64,000 bases of DNA. Source: an uncultured delta proteobacterium (GTDB lineage Bacteria > Myxococcota > Myxococcia > SLRQ01). The stretch spans positions 1,728,001 through 1,792,000 of the forward strand of contig CAVSGM010000002.1 in NCBI GenBank assembly GCA_963727485.1, written 5' to 3'. Of the stretch, positions 28,844 through 38,587 are shown in pieces. The position numbers and the translations under genes were made by a program. Position 1 is the stretch's first letter. Every line of letters begins with the position of its first letter. The notes beneath the pieces are model-generated. The model searched no databases. It was given only the letters and a program-made list of their open reading frames with translations, and had not been told where the DNA came from.

Positions 28844-29458
28844 GTGACTCGGGCCGGGCGATCACGCGCGCGGAGCGCCGCGACGGAACCGTGGACACGG
28901 GTGCTGCCCGTGGCCGGGCTCCTGGCGGTCACCGCCGGGCTCGGGGTGAACTGGCTGGTGCCCACCGTGCGCTTCACCAGCGTGCGCCTCAACTACCTGA
29001 CCATGCTGGTGGCCTTCCTCCTGCCGGCCTTGGCCCTGGTGCTGGCCCTCCGGGGCACCGAGGGGCCGGCGCGGTGGGCGCTGGGGATCCTGCTGGTGCC
29101 CCTGGCGGCGGCGGGGCTGGCCCTGGGGGTGGGGATGGTGGCCACCTGCCCCGAGTGCATCGGCCGCGGCCAGGACCCGACCTTCGTGCCGGTGAAGGGG
29201 GTCACCGCCTACGGCCACCGCCTCGAGGCCTACCGGGTGCACCTGGGCCCGTCGAGGCCGCCGGGGATCGTGGTCCGGGAGGAGCGGCGGATCGTCCCGG
29301 GCCTCGACTGGGTGCGGCGGGTGGGGGGGCTGGCGGACGCCACCCACGTGGACATCGAGCCGCTCTCGGCCGGGGTGGTGCGCTTCAGCTACCCCCCGGT
29401 GCCCGGGCACCGGGACGCGGTGGTCGACGCCGTGGTACGGGTGGCCGGGAGCCCATGA
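28844..29458 (+). CDS. Hypothetical membrane protein (3 TM plus soluble domain, CxxC)
   Basis: Hydrophobic helices; CPEC; ATGA overlap with the next gene. Confidence 0.6.
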   Translation: MTRAGRSRARSAATEPWTRVLPVAGLLAVTAGLGVNWLVPTVRFTSVRLNYLTMLVAFLLPALALVLALRGTEGPARWALGILLVPLAAAGLALGVGMVATCPECIGRGQDPTFVPVKGVTAYGHRLEAYRVHLGPSRPPGIVVREERRIVPGLDWVRRVGGLADATHVDIEPLSAGVVRFSYPPVPGHRDAVVDAVVRVAGSP

Positions 29459-30001
29459 CCCCGACCCACCTGGCGCTGCTCCGCGGCATCAACGTCGGCC
29501 GCGCCAAGCGCGTGGCCATGGCCGACCTGCGGGCGTTGGTGACCTCGCTGGGGCACACCGGCGTCCGCACGGTGCTCAACAGCGGCAACGTCCTGTTCGC
29601 CGCCTCGGGCCGGGCGACGCCCGCGAAGCTGGCCGCGGCGATCCAGGCGGCGGTCGCCGGCGAGCTCGGGGTCGAGAGCCGGGTCACGGTGATCCCCGTC
29701 GCGAAGCTCGCCGAGGCGGTCACCGGCAATCCGCTGGCCGACCTCGCCACCGAGCCGAGGCGCCTCCAGGTGGCGGTGCTCTCCGGGGCCGCCGCACCCA
29801 GGCAGGTCGCCGCCCTCGCCCGCGACGACTGGGGCGAGGAGGCCCTGGCCGCCCGGGGCCGCTTCGCCTGGATGTGGTGCCCGGGCGGGGTGCATCAAGA
29901 GCCCGCTCTACCAGGCGGTGGACCGGGCGGTGGGCGAGGCGGCGACGGTGCGAAACCTCGCCACCCTCACCAGGCTTCACGCTCTCGCCGGCGCGGCTTG
30001 A
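29455..30001 (+). CDS. DUF1697 family protein (frameshift at about 29893)
   Basis: ALLRGINVG, MADLR, SGNVLF; removing one base gives ..KSPLY..ATVRNLATL..TGA 29999-30001. Confidence 0.85.
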
Positions 30002-30365
30002 GCGGGCGCCCGCCCCGGTTGGGGGCGCTGGCGACGCCGAGGAGCGAGAGGGCGATGAAGCCGATGAGCACCACCTTGACCCACAGGGCCCAGTCGCTCT
30101 GGCCGATCCACAGCGCCACCATGTACGGCAGCAGGAAGAGCCACATCGCCCCCTGCATCAGCACCGGCTGCACCCGCACCCAGGCCCAGGCGCCCTCGAG
30201 GCCGCCGGCGGTGCCCAGCGCCAGGTAGGCAAAGGCGATCCACCCGGCGAGGAGCGCCAGCGACCACAGTCCCTTCACCATCCGGCCGAAGAGGGTCCGG
30301 CCGCCGGCGGCGAGGAGGATCCAGAAGCCGATCACCATGAGGATGAGGCCGGTCATCAGGCTCAT
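29967..30365 (-). CDS. Hypothetical membrane protein
   Basis: AAGGGG RBS; 4 hydrophobic segments; WLFLLPY. Confidence 0.6.
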   Translation of the reverse strand: MSLMTGLILMVIGFWILLAAGGRTLFGRMVKGLWSLALLAGWIAFAYLALGTAGGLEGAWAWVRVQPVLMQGAMWLFLLPYMVALWIGQSDWALWVKVVLIGFIALSLLGVASAPNRGGRPLKPRRREREAW

Positions 30366-30602
30366 CGCGTTCCCCCTTGGGCGGCACTGCGCCTCGCACC
30401 CAAGCTAGCCAGCGCCGGGGGCCGGCGCAGTGCCGGGCGGTCCCCACGGGCGGCGTCCCCAGGGCGCGCGCCTCGGCGGCCGTCAGCCGGCGGGTCGGAC
30501 GCGGGGGCGCCGGGCGCTGGCAACGTGGGAGGCGGGTGATAGCTTCGGGCGCATGCCGCCCACCGGCACCGCCGGGCCGGCCTCCCCGGGGTGGGCCGCT
30601 CG

Positions 30603-31283
30603 ATGCCCACCAGCCGCCTCGAGGCCTTCAGCGACGGCGTCCTCGCCATCCTCATCACCATCATGGTGCTGGAGCTGAAGGTGCCCCACGGCGACGGCCT
30701 CGGGGCCCTGTGGCCCCTGTGGCCGGTGTTCGTCAGCTACGTCCTGAGCTTCGTGTACCTGGGCATCTACTGGAACAACCACCACCACATGTTCATGGTC
30801 ACCGGGGAGGTCGGCGGCGGGGTCCTGTGGGCCAACCTGCACCTCTTGTTCTGGCTCTCGCTGGTGCCCTTCGTCACCGGGTGGATGGGCGAGAACCACT
30901 TCGCGCCGGCGCCCACCGCGGTCTACGGCGCGGTGCTGCTCATGGCCGCCATCGCCTACTGGATCCTCCAGCGCGTCATCCTCGCGCGCGAGGGCCCGGG
31001 CTCGCTGCTGGCCCGGGCGGTGGGCCGGGATCTCAAGGGCAAGATCTCGCCGGTGCTCTACCTGGTGGCCCTGCCGGCGGCCTTCTGGGCTCCGTGGGTC
31101 GCCGGGGCGATCTACGTGGGGGTGGCGCTCATCTGGCTGGTGCCCGACCGGCGCATCGAGCGGGTGCTGGCCGAGGGCGCCGCGCCGGGCGCCCGCGGCG
31201 AGCGGGTGACCGGGCGCCCCGCCCCCCCCGGCGAATCTCCTGGCGCCCGCAGCCGTTGTGTGACATGTTGCAGGAAGCAGTGA
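30603..31283 (+). CDS. TMEM175 (DUF1211) family potassium channel
   Basis: Signature RLEAFSDGVLAILITIMVL; YWNNHH; SLVPF.T.W; LVPDRRIE. Confidence 0.93.
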   Translation: MPTSRLEAFSDGVLAILITIMVLELKVPHGDGLGALWPLWPVFVSYVLSFVYLGIYWNNHHHMFMVTGEVGGGVLWANLHLLFWLSLVPFVTGWMGENHFAPAPTAVYGAVLLMAAIAYWILQRVILAREGPGSLLARAVGRDLKGKISPVLYLVALPAAFWAPWVAGAIYVGVALIWLVPDRRIERVLAEGAAPGARGERVTGRPAPPGESPGARSRCVTCCRKQ

Positions 31284-31448
31284 CGGGCGCGACCGGTTCG
31301 CGCCGCGCCCGGACGCTGCGCGAGATGTTCGTCGATACGAAGCGACGGTAGGCGTCTCGCCCTACGCAGTCGCACGTCAGGACGAAATCTCGAGGTCGCG
31401 CCGGCCCTCGCGCAGTGCGAGGCGCGCGAGCCGGCCGCAGAGGAGCAC

Positions 31449-31688
31449 ATGTCGAAGCACGCCAGGCCCAGCGAAGCAGAAGCGATGCGGGAGATGAACC
31501 CGTCGTCCGAGGACGGCGGCATCGGCTCCCGGCACCGCGCCCCCCGCCCGCACGCGTCGCGTTCCGGGACGGTGGAATGTCTGCGCTGTGGTGAGGCGTT
31601 CGACTCTTGGGACAAGCGTCGCAACCGCATCTGCGGGCGCTGCTCGTCCCGAATCAGCCGCGAGGGCGCCGGGCTCGACGCCCGCTAG
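31449..31688 (+). CDS. Small zinc-ribbon protein (CxxC-x14-CxxC)
   Basis: GAGGAG RBS; CLRCGEAFDSWDKRRNRICGRC. Confidence 0.7.
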   Translation: MSKHARPSEAEAMREMNPSSEDGGIGSRHRAPRPHASRSGTVECLRCGEAFDSWDKRRNRICGRCSSRISREGAGLDAR

Positions 31689-31718
31689 GCGCCCCGCCAG
31701 ACCCGAGAGAGGAAGACC

Positions 31719-32261
31719 ATGGCGAAAAAGGGAGGCCAGCACCGGTTCGCCGCGCGCAAGCGTGAGCAGGACCGAAAGGCCCGCGCCGAAAAGAAGCGAC
31801 AGCGGAAGGCCGAGCGCCAGGCCGCCAAGGCCGACGGCGTCAGCGACGGCACCGACCCCGAGCTCGAGGGCATCGTCCCCGGGCCCCAGCCCAAGGCCGT
31901 GATCGACGCCGCCGAGGTCCAGGCCGCGGTGGAGCGGGCCATGAACCCCGGCGCCATCGCCGCCGAGGCGCGGCCCATGTCCCCGGCCAAGGCCGCGGCC
32001 TCGCGGCTCTTCGTGGGCAACCTCGACCGGGACACCAGCGCCAAGGGCCTCCGGGAGCACTTCGCCGGCTCCGGCCACGAGGTGGTCGAGGCCGACGTGG
32101 TCACCGACCGGATGAGCGGCCAGTCCCGGGGCTTCGCCTTCGTCGACATGGAGAGCCCCGAGGCCGCCAGGCAGGCCGTCGACGCCCTCGACGGCGTCAA
32201 CCTCGACGGCCGGCCCCTGCGCGTCCGACTCGCCAGCGATCGGCCGCCCGCGCGGCACTGA
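31719..32261 (+). CDS. RRM (RNP-1) RNA-binding protein with basic N-terminal extension
   Basis: RNP2 LFVGNL, RNP1 [16 protein letters not shown]. Confidence 0.92.
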   Translation: MAKKGGQHRFAARKREQDRKARAEKKRQRKAERQAAKADGVSDGTDPELEGIVPGPQPKAVIDAAEVQAAVERAMNPGAIAAEARPMSPAKAAASRLFVGNLDRDTSAKGLREHFAGSGHEVVEADVVTDRMSGQSRGFAFVDMESPEAARQAVDALDGVNLDGRPLRVRLASDRPPARH

Positions 32262-32377
32262 CGCCGCGACCCCACCTATCCGGCCGCCCCCCGCGGCCAC
32301 CTCTACGCCCCGGGCCGCGTCCTGCGCGCCCGGCGCCCCGATCCCGGGCCACCCAAGGTGCGCCCGAAGGAGCCAGT

Positions 32378-33712
32378 TTGACCCACTTCAGCGATCTGAA
32401 CCTCATCGAGCCCCTGCACCGCGCCCTGCGCGACGTGGGCTACGAGACCCCCACCCCCATCCAGGCCCAGTCGATCCCCGCCCTCCTCGAGGGCCGGGAC
32501 CTCCTCGGCTGCGCCCAGACCGGCACCGGCAAGACCGCGGCCTTCGCCCTGCCCACCCTCCAGCGCCTCGCCGCCGAGCCCCGCCGCCCGGCGCCGAAGT
32601 CCATGCGCGCCCTGGTCCTCACCCCCACCCGGGAGCTCGCCCTCCAGGTGGAGGAGAGCGTGCGCACCTACGGCCGCCACCTCAAGCTCACCAGCGCCGT
32701 GATCTTCGGCGGCGTCGGCCAGACCCCCCAGGTCCGGGCGCTGGCCCGGGGCGTCGACATCCTGGTGGCCACCCCCGGCCGCCTCCTCGACCTCTTTGGC
32801 CAGGGCCACCTGCGCTTCGACACCGTGGAGGTCTTCGTCCTCGACGAGGCCGACCGGATGCTCGACATGGGCTTCATCCACGACGTGCGCAAGGTCATCA
32901 AGGCCCTGCCCGCCAAGCGCCAGTCGCTCTTCTTCTCGGCGACCCTCCCGGCGCCCATCGTGTCGCTGGCACGGACCATCGTCCACGACCCGGTCAAGGT
33001 CGAGGTGAGCCCCGGCGAGCCCGCCGTCGACCGCATCGACCAGCGCCTCTACTACCTCGAGCGCGGCGGCAAGCCGGGGCTCCTGCGCGAGCTCCTCGAC
33101 GGCGACGAGGTGGCCCGGGCCATCGTCTTCACCCGGACCAAGCACGGGGCCAACCGCCTGGTGCGCCAGCTCGGCGAGGGTGAGGCCATCCACGGCAACA
33201 AGTCCCAGAACGCCCGGGTCCGGGCCCTGGAGAACTTCCGCACCGGCCGCACCCGGGTGCTGGTGGCCACCGACATCGCCGCCCGGGGCATCGACGTCGA
33301 CGGCATCACCCACGTGGTCAACTACGACCTCCCCAACGAGCCGGAGAGCTACGTCCACCGCATCGGGCGCACCGCCCGGGCGGGGACCCGGGGCACCGCC
33401 ATCAGCTTCTGCCAGCCCGAGGAGCAGCCCCAGCTCGCCGCCATCGAGCGCCTCCTCGCCCGGGCCATCCCGGTCCACGGGGGCCGGCCCGCTTCGGCCG
33501 GGGTCGTGGCCCAGGCCACCGCCCGGGGCAACGAGCGGTCCGGCCGGGGGCGCGGGTCCGGCGGGGGCCGGGGTCCCGGAGGCCAGGGCCGCGGCCCCGG
33601 TGGCCGGTCCCAGGGCCGGGGCGGCAGCGGGGGCGGTCGGCGCCGGGGCGGCCGCGGCGGCCAGGGCGGCGGCCGCGGGCAGGGCGGAAGCCGCGACGCC
33701 CGCGCCGAGTAA
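32378..33712 (+). CDS. rhlE: DEAD-box ATP-dependent RNA helicase (RhlE-like)
   Basis: AAGGAG then TTG; Q motif, [37 protein letters not shown]-rich tail. Confidence 0.93.
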   Translation: MTHFSDLNLIEPLHRALRDVGYETPTPIQAQSIPALLEGRDLLGCAQTGTGKTAAFALPTLQRLAAEPRRPAPKSMRALVLTPTRELALQVEESVRTYGRHLKLTSAVIFGGVGQTPQVRALARGVDILVATPGRLLDLFGQGHLRFDTVEVFVLDEADRMLDMGFIHDVRKVIKALPAKRQSLFFSATLPAPIVSLARTIVHDPVKVEVSPGEPAVDRIDQRLYYLERGGKPGLLRELLDGDEVARAIVFTRTKHGANRLVRQLGEGEAIHGNKSQNARVRALENFRTGRTRVLVATDIAARGIDVDGITHVVNYDLPNEPESYVHRIGRTARAGTRGTAISFCQPEEQPQLAAIERLLARAIPVHGGRPASAGVVAQATARGNERSGRGRGSGGGRGPGGQGRGPGGRSQGRGGSGGGRRRGGRGGQGGGRGQGGSRDARAE

Positions 33713-33806
33713 CCCACGCCCGGGGCCGTGCGGCGGGTGCCGGGGGAGCCCGGCCCGTCGCCGCGCCCCGCTTCTGCCCGCGCCGGGCGCATGGTAACTG
33801 ACCGCC

Positions 33807-34269
33807 ATGCGACCCGCGCCCCCGACCGTTCCCCTGCCCTTCGAGGGTGGCTGCGCCTGCCAGGCGGTGCGCTACCGGGTGACCGCGAAGCCGGTGGCCA
33901 TGCTCAACTGCCACTGCCGCGACTGCCAGCGCTCGAGCGGCACCGCCTACAGCTCCATCCTGGTGGTCCCGGCCCCGGCCTTCACCCTCCTCCAGGGTGC
34001 GCCGAGGGCCCATGAGACCCTCGCCGAGAGCGGCAACCGGGTGCGCCGCGAGCACTGCCCCACCTGCGGCGCGCCCCTCTTCGCCCGGAACGCCAGCCTC
34101 ACCGGCTTCGTGGGCATCCGGCCGGCGAGCCTCGACGACCCGAGCTGGTTTTCGCCCACGGTGGACATCTGGACGGCCAGTGCCCACCCCTGGGACGTGA
34201 TCGGATCCCGATCGACCGAGGCTTCCCCGGGGCCCCACGGACACCGACCGCCAGGGGAGGACCCCATGA
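33807..34269 (+). CDS. GFA / CENP-V family Zn-dependent protein (probable frameshift at about 34203)
   Basis: GGCAC..VRY, CHCRDCQR.SG, HCPTCG.PLF; removing one base gives a TGA overlapping the next ATG. Confidence 0.85.
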
Positions 34270-34664
34270 CCGGCCCGACCCAGCGATTCCCCATCCGCTT
34301 CGAGCGCTGGTACACGGCGCTCTCGACCCTGACCCTCCTGCCCCCGTCGTCGGCGTGGATCGAGGTCGGCCCCCAGGAGGTCACCTGCCGGATGGGCTGG
34401 GCCTTCCGGGCGCGCGTCCCCCACGCCGCGGTGATCTCCGCCGAACCCTGGCCGGGTTGGACCCCCAGCCGGGGCGTCCACGGCTTCGCCGGCCGGTGGC
34501 TGGTCAACGGCTCGGGCAAGGGCCTGGTCTCGATCGTCTTCGATCCGCCCCCGCGGGCCTACGCCGTGGGCTTCCCGGTGAGGCTCCGGGAGCTCATCGT
34601 CAGCGTCGACGATCCGCCGGCGCTGATGGCGGCGCTGCGGGCGGGGGCGGCCGCCGGGCCCTAG
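34266..34664 (+). CDS. Hypothetical protein (PH-like, GRWLVNGS motif)
   Basis: GGAGG then ATG 34266; RMGWAF, GVHG..GRWLVNGS, L.VSVDDP. Confidence 0.7.
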   Translation: MTGPTQRFPIRFERWYTALSTLTLLPPSSAWIEVGPQEVTCRMGWAFRARVPHAAVISAEPWPGWTPSRGVHGFAGRWLVNGSGKGLVSIVFDPPPRAYAVGFPVRLRELIVSVDDPPALMAALRAGAAAGP

Positions 34665-35783
34665 TTGCCGTCGCGGGCCGCCAGCGCCGCGCCCACCGCC
34701 GCGCGCACCGCCGCCGCCTGGGTCGCCACCTGCCGTCGAGCCTGGACCACCCAGAGCAGCGTCGTCCCCACGTCGGGGACGAAGGCGTCGAGGAGCCGCT
34801 TGCCCACCGGGTTGTAGAGCCACCAGAAGGCGCCCGCCGCCTGGCGCGCCAGGGGCGCCGGCGCCTTTGGGCCCGGGTGCTCGGCGAAGGCCATGAGCCG
34901 CCGGAAGTAGGGATCGACGCGCTGCCGGGTGTCGCCGGGGTCATAGAGGAGCTGGCCCAGGGCCCCGGCCCGGTGGCGCAGCCGCTCGCGCTCCCGGGAC
35001 TCGAGCAGACCGAGGACGAACTGGAAGCGCAGGTACTCGGTGATCACCGTCTGGCGGAGGTCGACGACCTTGGGGTCGAGGTCGGTGAGGCGGTCGGAGA
35101 GGGCCCCGAGGGCGCGACCCACCGCCGGCCCCCGCCAGTCGGCCTCGTTGGGGTCGGCGAGGAGGGTCGCCACCAGGTGCAGGCTCCGGGATAGCTGGGC
35201 GAGGGACTTCAGCTGCCCCAGGCCGGTCCGGGCCGAGGCGGCGTAGCGCTGGTCCAGGGCCAGGAGCGCGCCGGCGCGGTGGAGGGCGTCGGCCATCCGG
35301 TGACCGGTGGCGTCGGCGAGGGCGGCGACCTCGGCGACCCGGTGGAGCTGGGTCAGGGCCATGAGGGGGCAGGGCTGGGTGATGTCGGGGCTGCAGGCCT
35401 CGACGAACGCCGGCCGGGCGGACATGGCCCCGAGCCTGGCCAGCCCCGGTGCCCCGGCCACGGCGATCGCGGCCAGGGCTGTCGGCCTGGGCGACGGCGG
35501 CGTCCCACCGGGCCCTCGGGGCGGTCTTCCGGCCGCCGCAGATGCCGCTCACCGCCTCGGGGAGGTGGGGCAGGGCCACCTGGTGCGCCGCCTTCGCCAG
35601 GAGCGTCCAGCCGTTCTGCGCCGGCGGGGGCAGGGGCGGGAGATTGCGCGTGGTGTAGAGGGGCTTCGGGGGCGATTGGCGCATCAGGACGGTGATCGCC
35701 GTCCAGGCCCCCACCCCGAGCCCCAGGATGATCACGAGGAAGAGCACCCCCGTCCGGAGGCCCGCGAACCGTCGCGTCGCCAT
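34661..35783 (-). CDS. Hypothetical membrane-anchored helical protein (frameshift at about 35480)
   Basis: N-terminal TM in ORF 34941..35783 continues in ORF 34661..35461 (WLYNPVGK). Confidence 0.6.
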
Positions 35784-35880
35784 CGGGGCATCCTACACCG
35801 AGGCGCCTGGGGCGTCGTCCCCGTGCCCGCGGCGCTGGCCCGGGAGCGCCGGCGATCCTAACTGGAACGAAGGGGGAACC

Positions 35881-36432
35881 ATGGAGCCGACCGAGATCCT
35901 GAGGCAGGAGCATCGGGTCATCGAGAAGGTCCTCGCGGCCACGGACGCGGCGGTGGTGCGGATGGGCGTCGGGGGCCACGTGTCCCCGCGCTTCTTCGCC
36001 GACGTCGTGGACTTCGCCCAGGCCTTCGCCGATGGCTGCCACCACGTGAAGGAGGAGGAGGTGCTCTTCCGGCGCCTCGGGGAGCGCGGGCTGTCCAGCG
36101 AGGTGGCCACCCTCGCCGCGGAGCACGCGGAGATCCGGCACCTCACCCGGCGCCTCGCCGAGGCGGTGGCCCAGTGGAGGGCCGGCGATCCCCTGGCGCC
36201 CGAGCGCGCCCGCCGCACCGCGCGCCACTACGTGGACCTCCTCCGCGAGCACCTCCGCGAGGAGGACCAGCTGGTCTTCCCCACCGTGGAGCGGACCTTC
36301 TCGGAGGCCGACCGGGCAGAGATGGCCGGCGCCCTCGAGGCGGTGGAGGCGACGCACGGCGGCGAGGCGCTCCACGAGAAGTACGCCTGGCTCGCCGAGT
36401 CCCTGGAGGTCGAGGCTCGCGCGACGGCGTGA
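35881..36432 (+). CDS. Hemerythrin/HHE cation-binding domain protein
   Basis: EHRVI, HHVKEE.VLF, EHAEI, HLREED..FP. Confidence 0.9.
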   Translation: MEPTEILRQEHRVIEKVLAATDAAVVRMGVGGHVSPRFFADVVDFAQAFADGCHHVKEEEVLFRRLGERGLSSEVATLAAEHAEIRHLTRRLAEAVAQWRAGDPLAPERARRTARHYVDLLREHLREEDQLVFPTVERTFSEADRAEMAGALEAVEATHGGEALHEKYAWLAESLEVEARATA

Positions 36433-36475
36433 CCGGGTGCGCCGGCGCGCGGCCGGTGCCATGATGGCCGGCGCC

Positions 36476-36991
36476 ATGGGCATCCTCGAGACCCGGCGCC
36501 TCGTCCTCCGCCACTTCGAGCTCGACGACCTCGACGCCATGCACGCCCTCTTCGGCGATCCGGAGGTGGTGCGGTGGATGGGCGACGGCCAGGTCCTCAC
36601 CCGCGACCGCTGCGCCGAGTGGATCCGGGTGTGCCGGCGCAACTACGCCACCCGGGGCTACGGCGCCTCGGCGGTGGTGGAGAAGGCCACCGGCGCGCTG
36701 GTGGGCCTCTGCGGCGTCGTCCACCCCCAGGGTCGCGACGCCGCGGAGATCCTCTACGCCTTCGCGCCGGGGCGCTGGGGACGCGGCTACGCCAGCGAGC
36801 TGGTGCCCGCGGTGCTCGAGGCCGCCCTCGGCCCCTGGGGCCTCCCCCGGGTGCTGGCGACCGTGGCCCCGGAGAACCTCGCCTCCGCCCGGATCGCCGA
36901 GAAGGCGGGCATGGTGCGCCGCCCCGACGAGCTCGACGACGACGGCCTGCCGATGCGCGTCTACGCCGCGGAGCGGGCGGCGTCACCGTAG
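36476..36991 (+). CDS. GNAT N-acetyltransferase (RimJ/RimL-like)
   Basis: LETRRLVLR, WGRGYASE, N.AS.RIAEKAG. Confidence 0.9.
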   Translation: MGILETRRLVLRHFELDDLDAMHALFGDPEVVRWMGDGQVLTRDRCAEWIRVCRRNYATRGYGASAVVEKATGALVGLCGVVHPQGRDAAEILYAFAPGRWGRGYASELVPAVLEAALGPWGLPRVLATVAPENLASARIAEKAGMVRRPDELDDDGLPMRVYAAERAASP

Positions 36992-37078
36992 GCCCAGGAG
37001 CCGCCACACCCGCTCCAGCGAGATCGCGTAGTGCACCGCGATCACGCCCCCGAGGACCGTGGCGTCACGGGGGGCCAT
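36983..37078 (-). other. 31-codon small ORF or gene remnant
   Basis: ATG 37078 to TGA 36983: MAPRDATVLGGVIAVHYAISLERVWRLLGLR, with nearly all codons ending in G/C. Confidence 0.35.
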
Positions 37079-37164
37079 GGCGGCAAGCTACGGCCTCGGG
37101 GGAGGCGGCGCCCCCGCCCGTCGATCCGTGACCGGGCGCCAGGGCGCGGTGCGGGGCCCCGCCT

Positions 37165-37247
37165 GGACCCCTCTGAACGCGTCACAACGTATCCCATTGG
37201 GGCGATTCGCCCCAACGTATCCCAACGTGATGCATTCGACGGGGCCC
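37165..37247 (+). repeat. Structured intergenic repeat element, copy B
   Basis: Shares ggacccctctga..gc.tcac...gtatccca.tggggc with copy A; hairpin ttggggcg-att-cgccccaa; two caacgtatccca direct repeats; outer stem gaacgcgtcac/gtgatgcattc. Confidence 0.75.
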
Positions 37248-37304
37248 GATGGAGGGTTGCCGCACCCCCGCCGGGTGCCGATTGTTCGGGAAGGAGGCCA
37301 GCCA

Positions 37305-37670
37305 ATGACCTACAGACCCGGCCAGGTGTGGAACTACCAGGTGCGCCCCGGCGACGAGGGCTCCACCTTCACCATCCTTCGCGTGGAGGTCGACGCCGCC
37401 GCCGAGGAGATCGTCCACATCATGGTGCAGGGCGTCCACCTCGTCCCCGGCGACGCGCCCCAGGTGCTCAGCCACATCCCCATCCTCCGCGAGGCCCTCG
37501 ACGGGAGCGTCACCGAGCGGGTCTCGGAGAGCTCGCGGCTCCCGGACTACAGCGCCGACTACGAGCCCTGGCGCGAGGCCTACGAGAAGGGCGAGGCCGG
37601 GGTGTTCTCGGGGACGGTGGCCGAGGCGGTGGACTACGTGGCCGCGGAGGTCCGGGCGGGGGTAGGCTGA
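37305..37670 (+). CDS. Hypothetical protein (GQVW.Y..R motif)
   Basis: AAGGAGG then ATG; GC3-biased; SHIP, Y..WR.A...G.AGVF. Confidence 0.75.
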   Translation: MTYRPGQVWNYQVRPGDEGSTFTILRVEVDAAAEEIVHIMVQGVHLVPGDAPQVLSHIPILREALDGSVTERVSESSRLPDYSADYEPWREAYEKGEAGVFSGTVAEAVDYVAAEVRAGVG

Positions 37671-37675
37671 CGCCC

Positions 37676-38443
37676 ATGCCGACCCTGCCGCCCGAGACCG
37701 CCGCCACCGTCCTCGTCGACCCGAGGTTCAACGGCCCGCCGGCCTCGGCCAACGGCGGCTACACCTGCGGGCGCCTCGCCGCCTACCTCGAGGGGACGGT
37801 GACGGTGCGCCTCAAGGCCCCGCCGCCCCTGGACGCGCCCCTCATGGTGGCAAGCGACGGGGACCGGGTGCGGCTGGTCGACGGAGACACGGTGGTCGCC
37901 GAGGCGCGGCCCGGCACCCTGGACCTCGAGGTCCCGGCGGCCCCGGCCTTCGAGGCCGCGGCGCAGGCGAGCCGGGGCTACAGCGGGTTTGCGCGTCACT
38001 GGTACCCCACCTGCTTCGTCTGCGGCCCCGAGCGCGCCGCCGGCGACGGGCTGCGGATCTTCGCCGGGCCGGTCGCCGCTCCGGGCGCGGCCACCCCGGG
38101 CACCGGTACCGGCGAGGGGCCCGTGATGGTCGCCGCGCCCTTCGTCCCCGGGGACGACCTCGCCGGCCCCGGGGGCACCGTGGCCCCGGTCTACCTGTGG
38201 TCCGCCCTCGACTGCCCCGGGGCCTTCGCCTTCGACGTCCCGGACGACCGGGCGATCCTCCTCGGGGAGCTCACCGCCCGGATCGACGGGTCGGTGCGCC
38301 CGGGAGACCGGTGTGTGGTCATCGCCTGGGCGCTCGGCGCCGAGGGGCGCAAGCACTTCACCGGCTCGGCGCTCTTCCACGAGGGAGTGCGCGTCGCCGC
38401 CGCCCGGGCCACCTGGATCGAGGTCCCGGCCGGCGCCGCCTGA
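37676..38443 (+). CDS. Double hotdog-fold thioesterase-like protein
   Basis: FNGPPASANGGYTCG, TVRL.APPPL, CFVCG, WSALDCPG, EGRK. Confidence 0.8.
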   Translation: MPTLPPETAATVLVDPRFNGPPASANGGYTCGRLAAYLEGTVTVRLKAPPPLDAPLMVASDGDRVRLVDGDTVVAEARPGTLDLEVPAAPAFEAAAQASRGYSGFARHWYPTCFVCGPERAAGDGLRIFAGPVAAPGAATPGTGTGEGPVMVAAPFVPGDDLAGPGGTVAPVYLWSALDCPGAFAFDVPDDRAILLGELTARIDGSVRPGDRCVVIAWALGAEGRKHFTGSALFHEGVRVAAARATWIEVPAGAA

Positions 38444-38587
38444 CCCGTCGCCTCCGGCGCGCGGTCAGGGGTCGAGGTGGCGCGCGGCCACCGGGGTCTC
38501 CCCGTCGGGGCCGACCGCGTAGGCCCGGGAAAAGCGCCCGCCCCCCCGTTGCGCCCGGGCCGGCGCTTCCACTATCACCGACGGACC

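Noticed and set aside
33807..34664. Apparent GFA-hypothetical domain fusion (285 aa)
   Set aside because: Internal GGAGG plus ATG at 34266; removing one base near 34203 gives a GFA stop overlapping that ATG, so two genes plus an indel is more parsimonious.
19097..37247. CAACGTATCCCA repeats as a CRISPR array or CRP sites
   Set aside because: Only 2-3 short units per locus, no 30-40 nt unique spacers and no cas genes; TGTGA/TCACA spacing is 1 nt, not 6.
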